A DNA stretch of 64,000 nt from a virus (IMGVR_UViG_3300030329_005488:5696-69695), one strand, 5' to 3'; counted from the first letter of the stretch, positions 1 to 9,654 are shown. Program-made: numbers and translations. Notes: generated by a model from the sequence alone, not told the origin.

Positions 1-80
1 CAAGATGTGAACTGTGTGGATGCTTCATGAATTTCAAAGCAAGACTGCGCAATAGCACATGTCCTATCAATAAATGGTCG

Positions 81-320
81 TTAAGCAGCGCGAGAGAGAC
101 TTCTATAGACCACTCCAACCATGGAGAATGACACGAATGCTGATAGCAGCATCCACGTCAACTCTTGAGGGGTTAGAGTATTCATACTGAATAATAGAAT
201 GACTAAGGAGCCAAGAGCGAGACTAATGACTTGCACCATTATCATATCAATAATGACAGAATGATTAGTGTCAGACATATCACTGACTGCTATACTGAGT
301 GAGGTGAAAGGACTACGCAT
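81..320 (-). CDS. small membrane protein (2 predicted TM helices)
   Basis: 79 aa with two hydrophobic stretches (VIIDMIMVQVISLALGSLVILLF; WMLLSAFVSFSMVGVVY); start overlaps the stop of the upstream ORF. Confidence 0.7.
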   Translation of the reverse strand: MRSPFTSLSIAVSDMSDTNHSVIIDMIMVQVISLALGSLVILLFSMNTLTPQELTWMLLSAFVSFSMVGVVYRSLSRAA

Positions 321-1003
321 TATGCCACCCTACCCCCTTGTGGTAATCCGACAACTCCACGCATAAGTCCACCGAGGGCACCTCCGGCCTTCTCAAGAGC
401 ACCGGGGTTATCCATTGCTGCAGCGAGAGCACCTTGCATAGCAGTAGATTGCATCATACTGGCAATCTGTTGTTGCTTCATCATGCTTTCTTGGACTGCG
501 GCACTGGCACTATTCTGTAATTGTTGACTGTTCATTGTGACTGAATCTGCTGAAGGTAATGGGGAGACAGCACTGAAATCGAATTTCATACTCCCATCCT
601 CTGCTTCTTTCAAAGAAGAATTACTCAATATATGGTGTACTGAGAGACTTACAATATTAGCGATAAGTCCAGACAGGGCTTGTAAATTACCACCGGGGGT
701 AGAAACAGGCCCCGCCAACCAACGGTCAAATGGTACACTGGTCTGAATAAGAGCAGAGATAAGTTCCATTTCACTGGGTGGGGGAGCATACCCATAGGGT
801 TGCGCACCAAACCCTTGCTGAGTTTGCGCGAATTGAGTTTGTTGAGGACCCATACCCATACCCATCCCCATGCCCATAGGTTGACCCATCCCCATAGGTT
901 GACCCATCCCCATAGGTTGACCCATGCCCATATTATTACTACCAAGGGGTAGAGCACCTGTTGCTTGCTGATTCTGAGAATTGTTTCCGAAAGGCCATAC
1001 CAT
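320..1003 (-). CDS. Gln/Met/Gly-rich low-complexity protein
   Basis: 227 aa ORF with GMGQPM repeats near the N-terminus and an amphipathic C-terminal segment; GAGGAGTGA SD upstream. Confidence 0.75.
   Translation of the reverse strand: MVWPFGNNSQNQQATGALPLGSNNMGMGQPMGMGQPMGMGQPMGMGMGMGMGPQQTQFAQTQQGFGAQPYGYAPPPSEMELISALIQTSVPFDRWLAGPVSTPGGNLQALSGLIANIVSLSVHHILSNSSLKEAEDGSMKFDFSAVSPLPSADSVTMNSQQLQNSASAAVQESMMKQQQIASMMQSTAMQGALAAAMDNPGALEKAGGALGGLMRGVVGLPQGGRVA
849..932 (-). repeat. coding tandem repeat: 3 x 18 nt (cccataggttgacccat[c/g]) plus cccatN hexamers, encoding (GMGQPM)3-(GM)n
   Basis: units read directly at 873-890, 891-908, 909-926; hexamers at 849-872. Confidence 0.9.
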
Positions 1004-1009
1004 ATTCTA

Positions 1010-1996
1010 TCACTCCTCTGTTGGGATGTCGGGCAGTTGTGCCGCTGGTGGTGCCGAAGAGGCCAACAGTGATTGAAGTGTCGGTCCTGAAGCGGCAAGT
1101 TGAGTGGATGTTTGGGGAGGCATCTCATTAGATGTTGAAAGGATGCGTGCATTCGTCCCACTTTGGAATTGTCTCATATCGAAAACTACCATTACAATAT
1201 CATTCTGTCCAGTTATGTGATTCTGCATATGTACAATAGGTAAATTGTCTCTTTTGGCCTGTTTGAAAAACTCCTCATAATGAGCGAGTTGCATAGGAGT
1301 GTTGTCCTTCTTTCTCCCGAATGAGGCAGCAGCAACGACTGGTACAGAGACAGTAGTAACTCCCTTCTTCAGTTTAGCGCGTAATGTGCCTGTGCTGGCC
1401 TCTGTTTCTCGCTCTTCCTCACGTTCCCACTTATTCAATAAATGATACAGATGGAGATGCTCAGGGCAATATGTCCCCCTCATCTTACGTCCACTTGTGA
1501 CATTTTCTCGCGCAATGAACGCTTCACTTTCACCAGTGACTGGATTATGGAAATACATTTCCCATAACGACTTACCTGTTTCTTCATCACGAATATCGTC
1601 ATAGAGATTACCAGCAGCCCGAATCAAGGCATCGACGTCACACCCATCAATACAACAATGTGTCGTGCTGGAATTATAACGAAACTTCCCACCTATAATT
1701 CTCAACGGTGATAAGAATGTCCTCTTAGTGGGCTTCAGCAACCTATAGGCTTGCTTGATATCTTTCCTACGTGCCTTTTTGGGGTCATGGTGTCGAGATG
1801 GGAAGAAATTCACTTTAGGTACTTCGATATGATGCATGGTGGATGCTTCTTCTAATTGGCCCTGAGTGTCAGCCATAGCCTGTAAATCATGAAGAGGTAC
1901 TTGTGACATAGCGGCTATTCTCCGCATATCTGAAGGGGTCTGTTGACCAAGAGGGGTGTGTTGCTGCGAAGGCCAGAATGTCGACATACCTACCAT
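1010..1996 (-). CDS. hypothetical protein, probable Zn-binding (CCIDGC ... CPEH)
   Basis: 328 aa ORF overlapping the GTPase stop; Cys/His clusters. Confidence 0.75.
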   Translation of the reverse strand: MVGMSTFWPSQQHTPLGQQTPSDMRRIAAMSQVPLHDLQAMADTQGQLEEASTMHHIEVPKVNFFPSRHHDPKKARRKDIKQAYRLLKPTKRTFLSPLRIIGGKFRYNSSTTHCCIDGCDVDALIRAAGNLYDDIRDEETGKSLWEMYFHNPVTGESEAFIARENVTSGRKMRGTYCPEHLHLYHLLNKWEREEERETEASTGTLRAKLKKGVTTVSVPVVAAASFGRKKDNTPMQLAHYEEFFKQAKRDNLPIVHMQNHITGQNDIVMVVFDMRQFQSGTNARILSTSNEMPPQTSTQLAASGPTLQSLLASSAPPAAQLPDIPTEE

Positions 1997-2715
1997 TTCA
2001 ACATCTCCATCAATGATTTTTCAACATTCCATCCTATTTTAGTAGCCATCATATTCACACGACAGGGTATCCCCGCTTTCTGGAGCCTGACCATCGCAGG
2101 ACGATGGGCGTTAAATATGTGATGTTCTCGTAAACGCTGAGACTGCCATAACAAATTTGCTTTATCATCCCACCAAACATCTGCTTTGTTAGCGATGACC
2201 CATATCTGCTTGGGCGCGTATCTCTTCCCTCGCAAGCGAGAGGCGATACTTCGATATGCCCATCTTCTCTCAATAACGGCATCAGTGAGGAATTCCAAAC
2301 CACCGACGACATCCACATACCCTTTATTCTCCTTACCTAACGCCCTATCATCAGTTAAGAAGATGACAATCTCCACTCTTCTTTCCACCATGTCGTTGAG
2401 CCATAAGTTCCAGAAACGCTGCTGTCCCCCCAAATCGGTAGAGTGGACCACTCTGCGCTCATTTTCCCAGCGGACACGTTTTCTGGATGCACGTGGTAAT
2501 ACATGACCGTGCCCGATGAGTCTCTTGGGATGGAGGGTCCTGTCTTCGACATCTTCCATCTCACCCGGTGTTGTCATGAATCGGTCCAGTGTTGTTTTCC
2601 CCACCATTGTAGGGCCATACACTCCTACTCTGCGGGGTTTGAGAAAATGATAGAGTTCCCGACCATACATCAGAGCCCCCATCATAATGGAGCCACCCAT
2701 TGTCACGGCTGTCAT
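1990..2715 (-). CDS. small Ras-superfamily (Arf/Sar-like) GTPase
   Basis: G1 GPTMVGKT, G2 Thr (DRTL), G3 DLGGQ followed by Arf-like RFWNLW, G4 NKAD, G5-like MATK..G.NV; hydrophobic/amphipathic N-terminal extension. Confidence 0.85.
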   Translation of the reverse strand: MTAVTMGGSIMMGALMYGRELYHFLKPRRVGVYGPTMVGKTTLDRFMTTPGEMEDVEDRTLHPKRLIGHGHVLPRASRKRVRWENERRVVHSTDLGGQQRFWNLWLNDMVERRVEIVIFLTDDRALGKENKGYVDVVGGLEFLTDAVIERRWAYRSIASRLRGKRYAPKQIWVIANKADVWWDDKANLLWQSQRLREHHIFNAHRPAMVRLQKAGIPCRVNMMATKIGWNVEKSLMEMLKW

Positions 2716-2961
2716 TCACAGGCCCACCCATCCAGCAATCTTGTCCTTCCACCAGATAACGAAATTATCCCATACACTGTAATCCATCCTCACTTCGATA
2801 TATGATGTCAGTAAAACGGCGATTACCACAGCGATTATGGTGCGAATCCAAGAAAAGCCTCGATAATAGTATTCATCTAATTTATTCTGAGTATGTAAAG
2901 CCCGCAATGTCGACTCGGTAGCATCATCTCCCGGGGTTTTGAATAACCAGCCCACATTCAT
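2716..2961 (-). CDS. small single-TM membrane protein
   Basis: 81 aa with hydrophobic segment WIRTIIAVVIAVLLTSYI; abuts neighbours on both sides. Confidence 0.75.
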   Translation of the reverse strand: MNVGWLFKTPGDDATESTLRALHTQNKLDEYYYRGFSWIRTIIAVVIAVLLTSYIEVRMDYSVWDNFVIWWKDKIAGWVGL

Positions 2962-3485
2962 TCCTCGTCTTTGACGAATCTCCCATCAGGCCCTCTCTTC
3001 TTTGTTGCCCCAAGGTCAAGAGACTCCTTTTTCGAGGCAGAGTGTTGAGGTATCTCCATTGCCGCTTTCGCTCTGCGCACCATCTCTTCTTGAAGAGCCA
3101 TGTATTGCACGACTTCAGGGTCGTCTTCTAACATTTTCAGTTGTTGCTCAAATTCAATCTGCTGCCTGCGCATCTCCATTTCCATCTGCTTCTGACTAAA
3201 TTGCATCTGTTGATGTTGCATTTGCTCTTTCTGGTCTCTTTGCATACGCGCAATCTTAGCATTTGATTCCAATGATTCTTGAGCAAGCAACTTGTAGAAG
3301 AAAAAGCCCATCCCTTGTAATGTGAATGTGGCCATTCCATAAGTCAATGCGTTCGTGTAAACCGAGTCTTCTTTGAGCCATAAGTCTGCATCAAACACTG
3401 CTATGACTGCACCTACCCATATCGCTACGAATGAGATAAGTCCCACTGTTTGTATGACATCTGCCCCTTCTCTCCTTTGTGACAT
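2958..3485 (-). CDS. membrane protein, 2 TM helices plus Gln/Glu-rich coiled coil
   Basis: likely start ATG at 3485 after GGAGGT SD (ORF track starts at 3533); two TM segments then QKEQMQHQQMQFSQKQMEMEMRRQQ. Confidence 0.75.
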   Translation of the reverse strand: MSQRREGADVIQTVGLISFVAIWVGAVIAVFDADLWLKEDSVYTNALTYGMATFTLQGMGFFFYKLLAQESLESNAKIARMQRDQKEQMQHQQMQFSQKQMEMEMRRQQIEFEQQLKMLEDDPEVVQYMALQEEMVRRAKAAMEIPQHSASKKESLDLGATKKRGPDGRFVKDEE

Positions 3486-3544
3486 CGTACCTCCGAGAGC
3501 AAGACACTTCATCAACCCTGCGGCGTTGACCAAGTTATTGAGTT

Positions 3545-3595
3545 TCTTATATTATTGTAATAGAATAATATTAATTTATTTTATCATAATAATGA
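3545..3595. repeat. AT-rich element, copy 1 (related copy at 9995-10046)
   Basis: shares tctt..., atagaataata.taa and ataataatga with the second copy. Confidence 0.5.
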
Positions 3596-6500
3596 GAGAG
3601 ACTTGAGAATATTACCTGCTTCCAATATACTCCATGCTATATCGAATGGAGACATCGCTAACTTATTCTGCCAAGCATCCGTCGCCATTTGCTCATCCCA
3701 GTGAGGGTGATGATGTTGAATGAGTTCTCTGACAGCATCTATGTTAATATCAGCCCACTCATTATCATGGATATGCTCCCATAGAGCATTGGGTGTGTAA
3801 AGCGCTTGCTCATTTATCATATCTACCATATGTGACTTGTGATTAATCCTTGACGCCATGCTATCTAATCCCTGAATATTTATTCCACTCTCAGGGTCTT
3901 TACTATCAACCATAGGGGGCAAACTACCTCCAAATTCATGCGCTTCGAGATATTCACCCGCCTGCTCAGGAGTCATTTCCACTGGTTCCCTGTTGAGCGA
4001 CACTTTGCTATTCTTACCCGCCTCTTCTACCATCGAGTGACCGGGATTAGACTGTGAGGATATACCAAATGAAGGGTGGAAGAAACTCACCGGTCCCTCC
4101 ATTCTTTCATCCCCTGTGTCCTCATCTGTGTATGTAGTAGACACGCGTGATAATAACCATGTTGATGGGTCATCAGGGTCAAACCCATAGTCTTCACCAC
4201 CAAGTGCGATGTTTTCTAAACGCGCACTGATATCATTTTGAGCATTATATATTTCCTCACCCTTTCTGTATTTATCACGGTTTATACCTTGAGGTTCATG
4301 ACCGAATCCCCAACCATCTTGTTTTCTATGTTGATAGATACTTCTCTCATCATTACCTTTACCCTTCGTATCTATTTTACCGTAATCAGCCATCCCTTTA
4401 ATTTCATAAGGGGTCATATTGTTGATGAGAGGGAGTATAACACCTCTGTCATGAGCATGGGATGGGTACATACTATGCCCAGTTACTGGCCCTTCACCCA
4501 TCCCATGTGAGGCCCAACTCCCATCAGGGTCACTAAGAGCATGTGTGTGTATATCTTCACGGTATTTACTCCCTCCCTCTGGGGAGGGGAGTTGAGGCCA
4601 GTCGGGAGTAAGGATGGCTGGGTCCATCTGAGAATAAGGTGTGGCTATCCCGTAAGGGTCCATTTCCGGGCCCTCTGTTTCTTGCTGAACAGGCTGTTGA
4701 GTAGGTTGCCCTGACAATTCATCAAGTCGGTCACCAAGAGTAGGTTGTTGAGAGCCCCCTGTTAAGACATCTTCTAATTGAGGGCCTCCACCACTATCTG
4801 TAGGTAATGAAGCCCTCGCCTGTTCAAATTGACGTGCTGGGTCAACATATGCCGGGGGCTTGAGAGGTTCTCCAGCCAGCCTTTGTAATCTTGCTTGGGT
4901 CATCAAATTAGATGACATTGAAGGTGATACAGAGAGACTTTGTAACAAACTACCAAGTCGGTCGCTCTCATCTGGTAATGGGTGTTTCACCTGTTTCAAT
5001 GGGGCTTCTTCTGGGTCAACCACAGGCGCATGATGCCCTCCCCCGTCACAAGTAGGGCATACACCTAATCCTGCACAATGTAGACACTCATATCTCATGC
5101 CGGGAATATCACCCAATCTTGCATCCGCCGCGTCATCTTCAGTGAATTCTCCTTCACCTATTGCACTACGAGCGAATGCAACACGCCCGTCTGCCCCTTC
5201 CCCATGGTCCCGAGAACCATACACATTAGTCATACCAAGCACTCTTTGTGCCCTCGACATAGGAGATTCAGCACCTACGTCTTCCCCTTCGGGGGAATCC
5301 CCGTGGACATCATGATACATTGCTTTCGAAACGTGACCAAGACCTGCACATTCAGGACACGCTGTCGGCCCACCAGTCACATTGTATTGGTCCCCATGAC
5401 CATGTATCCCTTGCTGGGCCTCACGTCGCGCTTGCCAAGTTTCAGGAGCGTGTTTCCTTAAATCATATTCTTCCTCTATAGATATGAGTAAATCTCTCAG
5501 TTTTTTACCAGACTGACCACTGAACAACGACCCGTTTTTACTTTTAGGATGAGTTACACTGTACACTTTACGCCCGTAAGGGTCTGAATTCATGTAACCG
5601 GTAATAATACGGAATATATTAGCGCAGAATTCCTTTTTATCATCGGCTCTTCCTTTGTATTGGTCGAAAGTACCTTGTAAAGGTAAGTCGATAAGGTCAC
5701 CACTCAAACCGTCCCTATATCTCTCCATATCATCACTACCGCCGAATCGAGTGTTCAGCATGTGACCGATTGCAGTCTGTATAGGGAAATGCTGATTGGG
5801 CCAAATGAACCCACCACCTTCTACTGCAGGATTCCTTAAATCGATAGAGTTACGCTCCTCTAAATTATCAATCTCCCTATCAATCATCCTGAGTAGTTTG
5901 TCACCCGATAATTTCTGGTCGGGGTTATCACGGTCCCTCCCCAGAAGAAAATGTGCAGCGTCTTGCCCTGCCTCGAACCGTGCACTATCTTCTTTGGCGG
6001 TTTTGGCCTTGATAGGAGCAGTGAGTGCTTCCTTGATTGCATATAAGTCATTGATTTTTTGGAGGCCCTCATTATTTTCGCGCACATGCCCCCTCGACTG
6101 GGCTGCTATTTTATGATTAGACGCCTCAATCCCTACAGGTAATCTACATACAGGCCTTACCAGCCCTGCATATCTCATGCCTCCTTCTTTCATGGCTTCA
6201 GCGACGCGTTGCACCTTCCCGTCTCTTTCACTGTCCGCAGATTCTATTTCAGAGTTAATCTCACTTCGATGAAGGTCATGTTCAGCAAGGTCTTCTACTA
6301 ATTCCATTATCTCCCTGTCTGGATTTTCTTGGTCTTCAAATCGTTGCCGTGCCTCCTCCAAAACCGCATGCATGTCTGCACCTGTAGGGCAGTAGCGCTT
6401 TGGAGATTTACCTTCTCCCGGCATCAACATGTCACGTATGGTATGCAGTACTTCTGGTCCGCGCATGCCTGTTGATACCATATGAGTACATGTCGGGCAC

Positions 6501-8347
6501 GGCATATCTAATGGGTCATCCATGAGTTCAGGAGTCGAAGCAGGCTTCTTCTCACTAACATCTTCCTCTACCCCTTCATCTTCTCGCTCCGCAAGGAATG
6601 GTGATTCGGGTTCTTCAGGCTCACCTGAGACTATATCTCTTATTTGGGGGTTAGCAGCAAAGAATTCATCTCTGACTGTGCTGAGTATATCTAATCGCGC
6701 TATCTCATTCTCCCTATGTCCCTTCAAGGTCTTTATCTCTTTTCTGTATCTTTCGATATTCCTATCAATAACACCTTCACGCTTGGGGGCTTTACCCTCT
6801 TTCTTTTGCTCAAGATTGAATTGTAATAGCCTCTCTTTCTCTTGAATGTCACTTTCGAAACCTGCTATTCTACCTTCCTGTCTTCCTACCCTGTTGTTAA
6901 CTATTGAGCCTTGACGTATCAGATATTCAATCTGTCTTTGTTCATCAGTGAAGCCATCATCGACTGGTACTGTTCTCCGAGCACCTGCATTAGGTTGCTC
7001 AATAGCATTCTTAGTCGCTTGAGCGCCACCATGGTAAACATTCTTTACGAAATTCTTGAAGTCGTCGTCACCCATATTGAGACTTCTGGAGTCATCTGTA
7101 GGGTGACGATGAGCGTTTTCATGATGACCATTCTTACACCCGGGACATTCTTGATATTCACCATCGTCGGACTCACGCCACTCCCCGCTTCTATGAGAAT
7201 TATCTTCTCTCATTTCTGCCATTCGCCTTACTGCTTTCGATTGGTCAATGTGCTCTCTCACTGCTTTACCAAGTGATTGTAAAGCGGCAGGGTTTGTACC
7301 ATCGTACAATACTTGGGGAGAAACCAAATTGACAATCTTCTCTAATTGCTCTGGCTCTATATCGAGTTTTCTTGATATGTTATCGAATGCTGGAAGAATT
7401 GCGCTCTTGAAATCCCCATACAGTTTCGTGAGATTATATATCGCATTCCCCTGAAGAGTAGGTGCTATCACTTCCCAATCTTCGTCTGACAACTTAGCCT
7501 TCTCTTCATTTATTTGCTCCTCAGACATATTGTCGAATTCCTCTACCCCCAGTTTTTCTCTAAGCACATCACGTAATCTTTCTGCAATGACATTGTCTCT
7601 TTCAGGCCCAGCCTCTTCAGGTCGCTCTCTCCCTATCATGTAATGTTCTAAGTCTGGCATGTCCCCACCGACCACTTTCTTCAAATCTCTCAAGGCTCTA
7701 TATTGGTGCATGAAGGCCTTCCCGCTTTCACTACCTTCTATTGCACGACCTGACTCATCAGGTCGTTGTACCAGATTACCTTCTATGTCGCTATTGAATA
7801 ACTGATGTTGTAAATGGAGAAAATTTTTCACTTGGGGGGTGCCTAAGAAAGCCAATGCGCCTTTCAATCGTGTCACTGCAGTTGGACCATCAGCGTGGGC
7901 AGAGCCATCGATAGCGTGACCTAATTCATTAGTAGTGTTTTGCTTTTGTCTATCATCACGCAATTTGTCAGTGACTCTCTTTCTCTTATCTTGCAGCGTT
8001 TCCTCATCTTCTTCCCTTTCCGGGCCAAACATTTCTTCCGCCCATTTTCCCCAATCCCCCCTCCGGGTTATCTGTGGGGGGTTTGTGTAGACAGGCATCT
8101 CTGCTGCAACTCTACGTCGCGCGCGAGTCAGCAAATCTCGTTGATTGTTTTTCGTCAATTTTTCGAATTTTTCCTTCCCACCGGCTGCTTCTATTGCGCG
8201 CTCTTTAATGGCGCCTTCGTCATCCAAAACGGCCAACAGATGCTGAAATCTATCTTCGTGTCTCTCCATCCAATCTTTACTTTCCAACCTCTCAGGGTCA
8301 GGACTGGGCGCCTTCAGGAAAATACCCATAACGTCCCGTAGGTCCAC
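3584..8347 (-). CDS. very large acidic protein with CxxC/CxxCxGxG Zn-finger motifs and coiled coils (possible virion/internal protein)
   Basis: 1587 aa ORF; CPGCKNG, CPTC, CPECAGLG, CLHCAGLG, CPTCDGGG; C-terminal SPFDIAWSIL motif. Confidence 0.8.
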   Translation of the reverse strand: MDLRDVMGIFLKAPSPDPERLESKDWMERHEDRFQHLLAVLDDEGAIKERAIEAAGGKEKFEKLTKNNQRDLLTRARRRVAAEMPVYTNPPQITRRGDWGKWAEEMFGPEREEDEETLQDKRKRVTDKLRDDRQKQNTTNELGHAIDGSAHADGPTAVTRLKGALAFLGTPQVKNFLHLQHQLFNSDIEGNLVQRPDESGRAIEGSESGKAFMHQYRALRDLKKVVGGDMPDLEHYMIGRERPEEAGPERDNVIAERLRDVLREKLGVEEFDNMSEEQINEEKAKLSDEDWEVIAPTLQGNAIYNLTKLYGDFKSAILPAFDNISRKLDIEPEQLEKIVNLVSPQVLYDGTNPAALQSLGKAVREHIDQSKAVRRMAEMREDNSHRSGEWRESDDGEYQECPGCKNGHHENAHRHPTDDSRSLNMGDDDFKNFVKNVYHGGAQATKNAIEQPNAGARRTVPVDDGFTDEQRQIEYLIRQGSIVNNRVGRQEGRIAGFESDIQEKERLLQFNLEQKKEGKAPKREGVIDRNIERYRKEIKTLKGHRENEIARLDILSTVRDEFFAANPQIRDIVSGEPEEPESPFLAEREDEGVEEDVSEKKPASTPELMDDPLDMPCPTCTHMVSTGMRGPEVLHTIRDMLMPGEGKSPKRYCPTGADMHAVLEEARQRFEDQENPDREIMELVEDLAEHDLHRSEINSEIESADSERDGKVQRVAEAMKEGGMRYAGLVRPVCRLPVGIEASNHKIAAQSRGHVRENNEGLQKINDLYAIKEALTAPIKAKTAKEDSARFEAGQDAAHFLLGRDRDNPDQKLSGDKLLRMIDREIDNLEERNSIDLRNPAVEGGGFIWPNQHFPIQTAIGHMLNTRFGGSDDMERYRDGLSGDLIDLPLQGTFDQYKGRADDKKEFCANIFRIITGYMNSDPYGRKVYSVTHPKSKNGSLFSGQSGKKLRDLLISIEEEYDLRKHAPETWQARREAQQGIHGHGDQYNVTGGPTACPECAGLGHVSKAMYHDVHGDSPEGEDVGAESPMSRAQRVLGMTNVYGSRDHGEGADGRVAFARSAIGEGEFTEDDAADARLGDIPGMRYECLHCAGLGVCPTCDGGGHHAPVVDPEEAPLKQVKHPLPDESDRLGSLLQSLSVSPSMSSNLMTQARLQRLAGEPLKPPAYVDPARQFEQARASLPTDSGGGPQLEDVLTGGSQQPTLGDRLDELSGQPTQQPVQQETEGPEMDPYGIATPYSQMDPAILTPDWPQLPSPEGGSKYREDIHTHALSDPDGSWASHGMGEGPVTGHSMYPSHAHDRGVILPLINNMTPYEIKGMADYGKIDTKGKGNDERSIYQHRKQDGWGFGHEPQGINRDKYRKGEEIYNAQNDISARLENIALGGEDYGFDPDDPSTWLLSRVSTTYTDEDTGDERMEGPVSFFHPSFGISSQSNPGHSMVEEAGKNSKVSLNREPVEMTPEQAGEYLEAHEFGGSLPPMVDSKDPESGINIQGLDSMASRINHKSHMVDMINEQALYTPNALWEHIHDNEWADINIDAVRELIQHHHPHWDEQMATDAWQNKLAMSPFDIAWSILEAGNILKSLSLL

Positions 8348-8416
8348 ACGTGAGGCAAGAAGGGTATAGACATCAATCTTGTGATGTGTGAAAACGATTG
8401 GATGATTGAATATGTG

Positions 8417-8590
8417 GTTTTGCGCGAAAACAAGCCTCGCGAGGAAAAATATTTTTTTTCCGCACGCTGCTAAGCAGTGCGGAAAGCACTGCGGAAAGCG
8501 CCCCTCCGGCTAAGCCTTTCCGCACCTGTATCCTTTCCGCACTTCCTTTCCGCAGCATATACTACCATCATACAATGTATGATGATAGTA
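8417..8590. promoter_or_regulatory. divergent intergenic control region (candidate origin or packaging/terminus site) with six TTTCCGCA boxes, short palindromes and a hairpin
   Basis: TTTCCGCA at 8457, 8517, 8534, 8547; TGCGGAAA at 8478, 8490; palindromes cctcgcgagg and aaaaatattttt; inverted repeat tactaccatcatac-aat-gtatgatgatagta at 8560-8590; lies at the strand switch. Confidence 0.55.
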
Positions 8591-8850
8591 GTGCCTCAGT
8601 GCAGAGCAGCACAGCATTCAGAGCAGTTTAGCGCAGAACCACATGGTCCACCAAGTAGCAGAGCCGCTCTGTATTGCTGCTATACAGTGCTGCGCTGTAT
8701 AGTGCTGCTATGCTTGACGGGGTTGTCGTCCTCTTCATATCACCATTCATCGTCCTCCAACCATACGGTTAGGCATTCAACCGTAGCATGATACATATTG
8801 GCGGCTGCGCCGCCCGACCCCGATTGTAGAGACCGACAGCGTTTCCCCAG

Positions 8851-8876
8851 AACGGTATATAAACGGGGAGGTTCCC
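8851..8876 (+). promoter_or_regulatory. TATA-box promoter, copy 1: AACGGTATATAAACGGGGAGGTTCCC
   Basis: TATATAA about 55 nt upstream of the first plus-strand gene; 25/26 identical to 30457-30482. Confidence 0.75.
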
Positions 8877-8910
8877 GCAAGCCGGTTGTCCCAGAGCGGG
8901 ACAGGAGCCA

Positions 8911-9654
8911 GTGAATATGGCGACAGAACAGGAACGCAAGAAAGCGGAAACAGTGGCGGCTGATGTAGCCGCTGCGGAAAGAAACGGCACGTTGAGTGCA
9001 GAGCACGCAGAAAGGGTGCAGCAGGAGATAGAGAACAACCCCGTCTTCGCTGAAGCCATGATGAATGCAAGAGCAGCGGGGTCCGGTCTGGACTCGTTGC
9101 AGAATGACCTTGGTGGCATCACGTCCATCACTGAAGAGAACATGAACGAAAGCGGTAACTGGGTAGCAGCCCCTAATGATGTGGGTGGCTTTGCCTTCAA
9201 GGACCATGATGTTGTGCAGTTAGTCGTCCTGATTGGCTGGAGAGGCAAGGGCAGCAGAGGCAGCCCAGTGCTGGAGGGACACGGTGTGTCTGTCAAGACA
9301 GCAACACGGAATCAAGCCTTGCTTAGTCTGACCTTCGATGCATTGGCCCGACAAGGTCAGCGCATCAACTGGAGCGACCCTCGACTGAAGAACGTCGCAG
9401 CAGGTCTTGAACACAACATCGACCTTGAGTCCATCTCCGTCATGGAGAAAGAGAAGCGAGAGTTCAATGACCGAGTCGAAGCGATGGTCAAGAAGGTGAA
9501 GCAAAAGGGACATCAGTCCAACCTCGCTGAGATTGGTACTGAACTCGACAGCATCGCCGAGCAGTTGATTGAGGCCGGTGTGACAGGTCCCTTTAATGGG
9601 TCCAAGAACACAAAGGTGCCGAAGTCAGCGAGCAAAGCCGCCTTCACTTGGTGA
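8911..9654 (+). CDS. hypothetical protein (first gene of the plus-strand arm)
   Basis: 247 aa ORF (start possibly ATG 8917) between a promoter and a hairpin. Confidence 0.75.
   Translation: MNMATEQERKKAETVAADVAAAERNGTLSAEHAERVQQEIENNPVFAEAMMNARAAGSGLDSLQNDLGGITSITEENMNESGNWVAAPNDVGGFAFKDHDVVQLVVLIGWRGKGSRGSPVLEGHGVSVKTATRNQALLSLTFDALARQGQRINWSDPRLKNVAAGLEHNIDLESISVMEKEKREFNDRVEAMVKKVKQKGHQSNLAEIGTELDSIAEQLIEAGVTGPFNGSKNTKVPKSASKAAFTW

Noticed and set aside
1990-2715. Terminase or other ATPase identity for the P-loop protein
   Set aside because: DxxGQ and NKxD guanine-specificity motifs identify a TRAFAC small GTPase
8457-8554. TTTCCGCA repeats as a mini-CRISPR
   Set aside because: Only 8 bp long, mixed orientation, spacers too short
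8373-9296. ORF-track entries in the divergent region and antisense to 8911-9654
   Set aside because: They translate repeats or palindromes, or are shadows of the plus-strand gene
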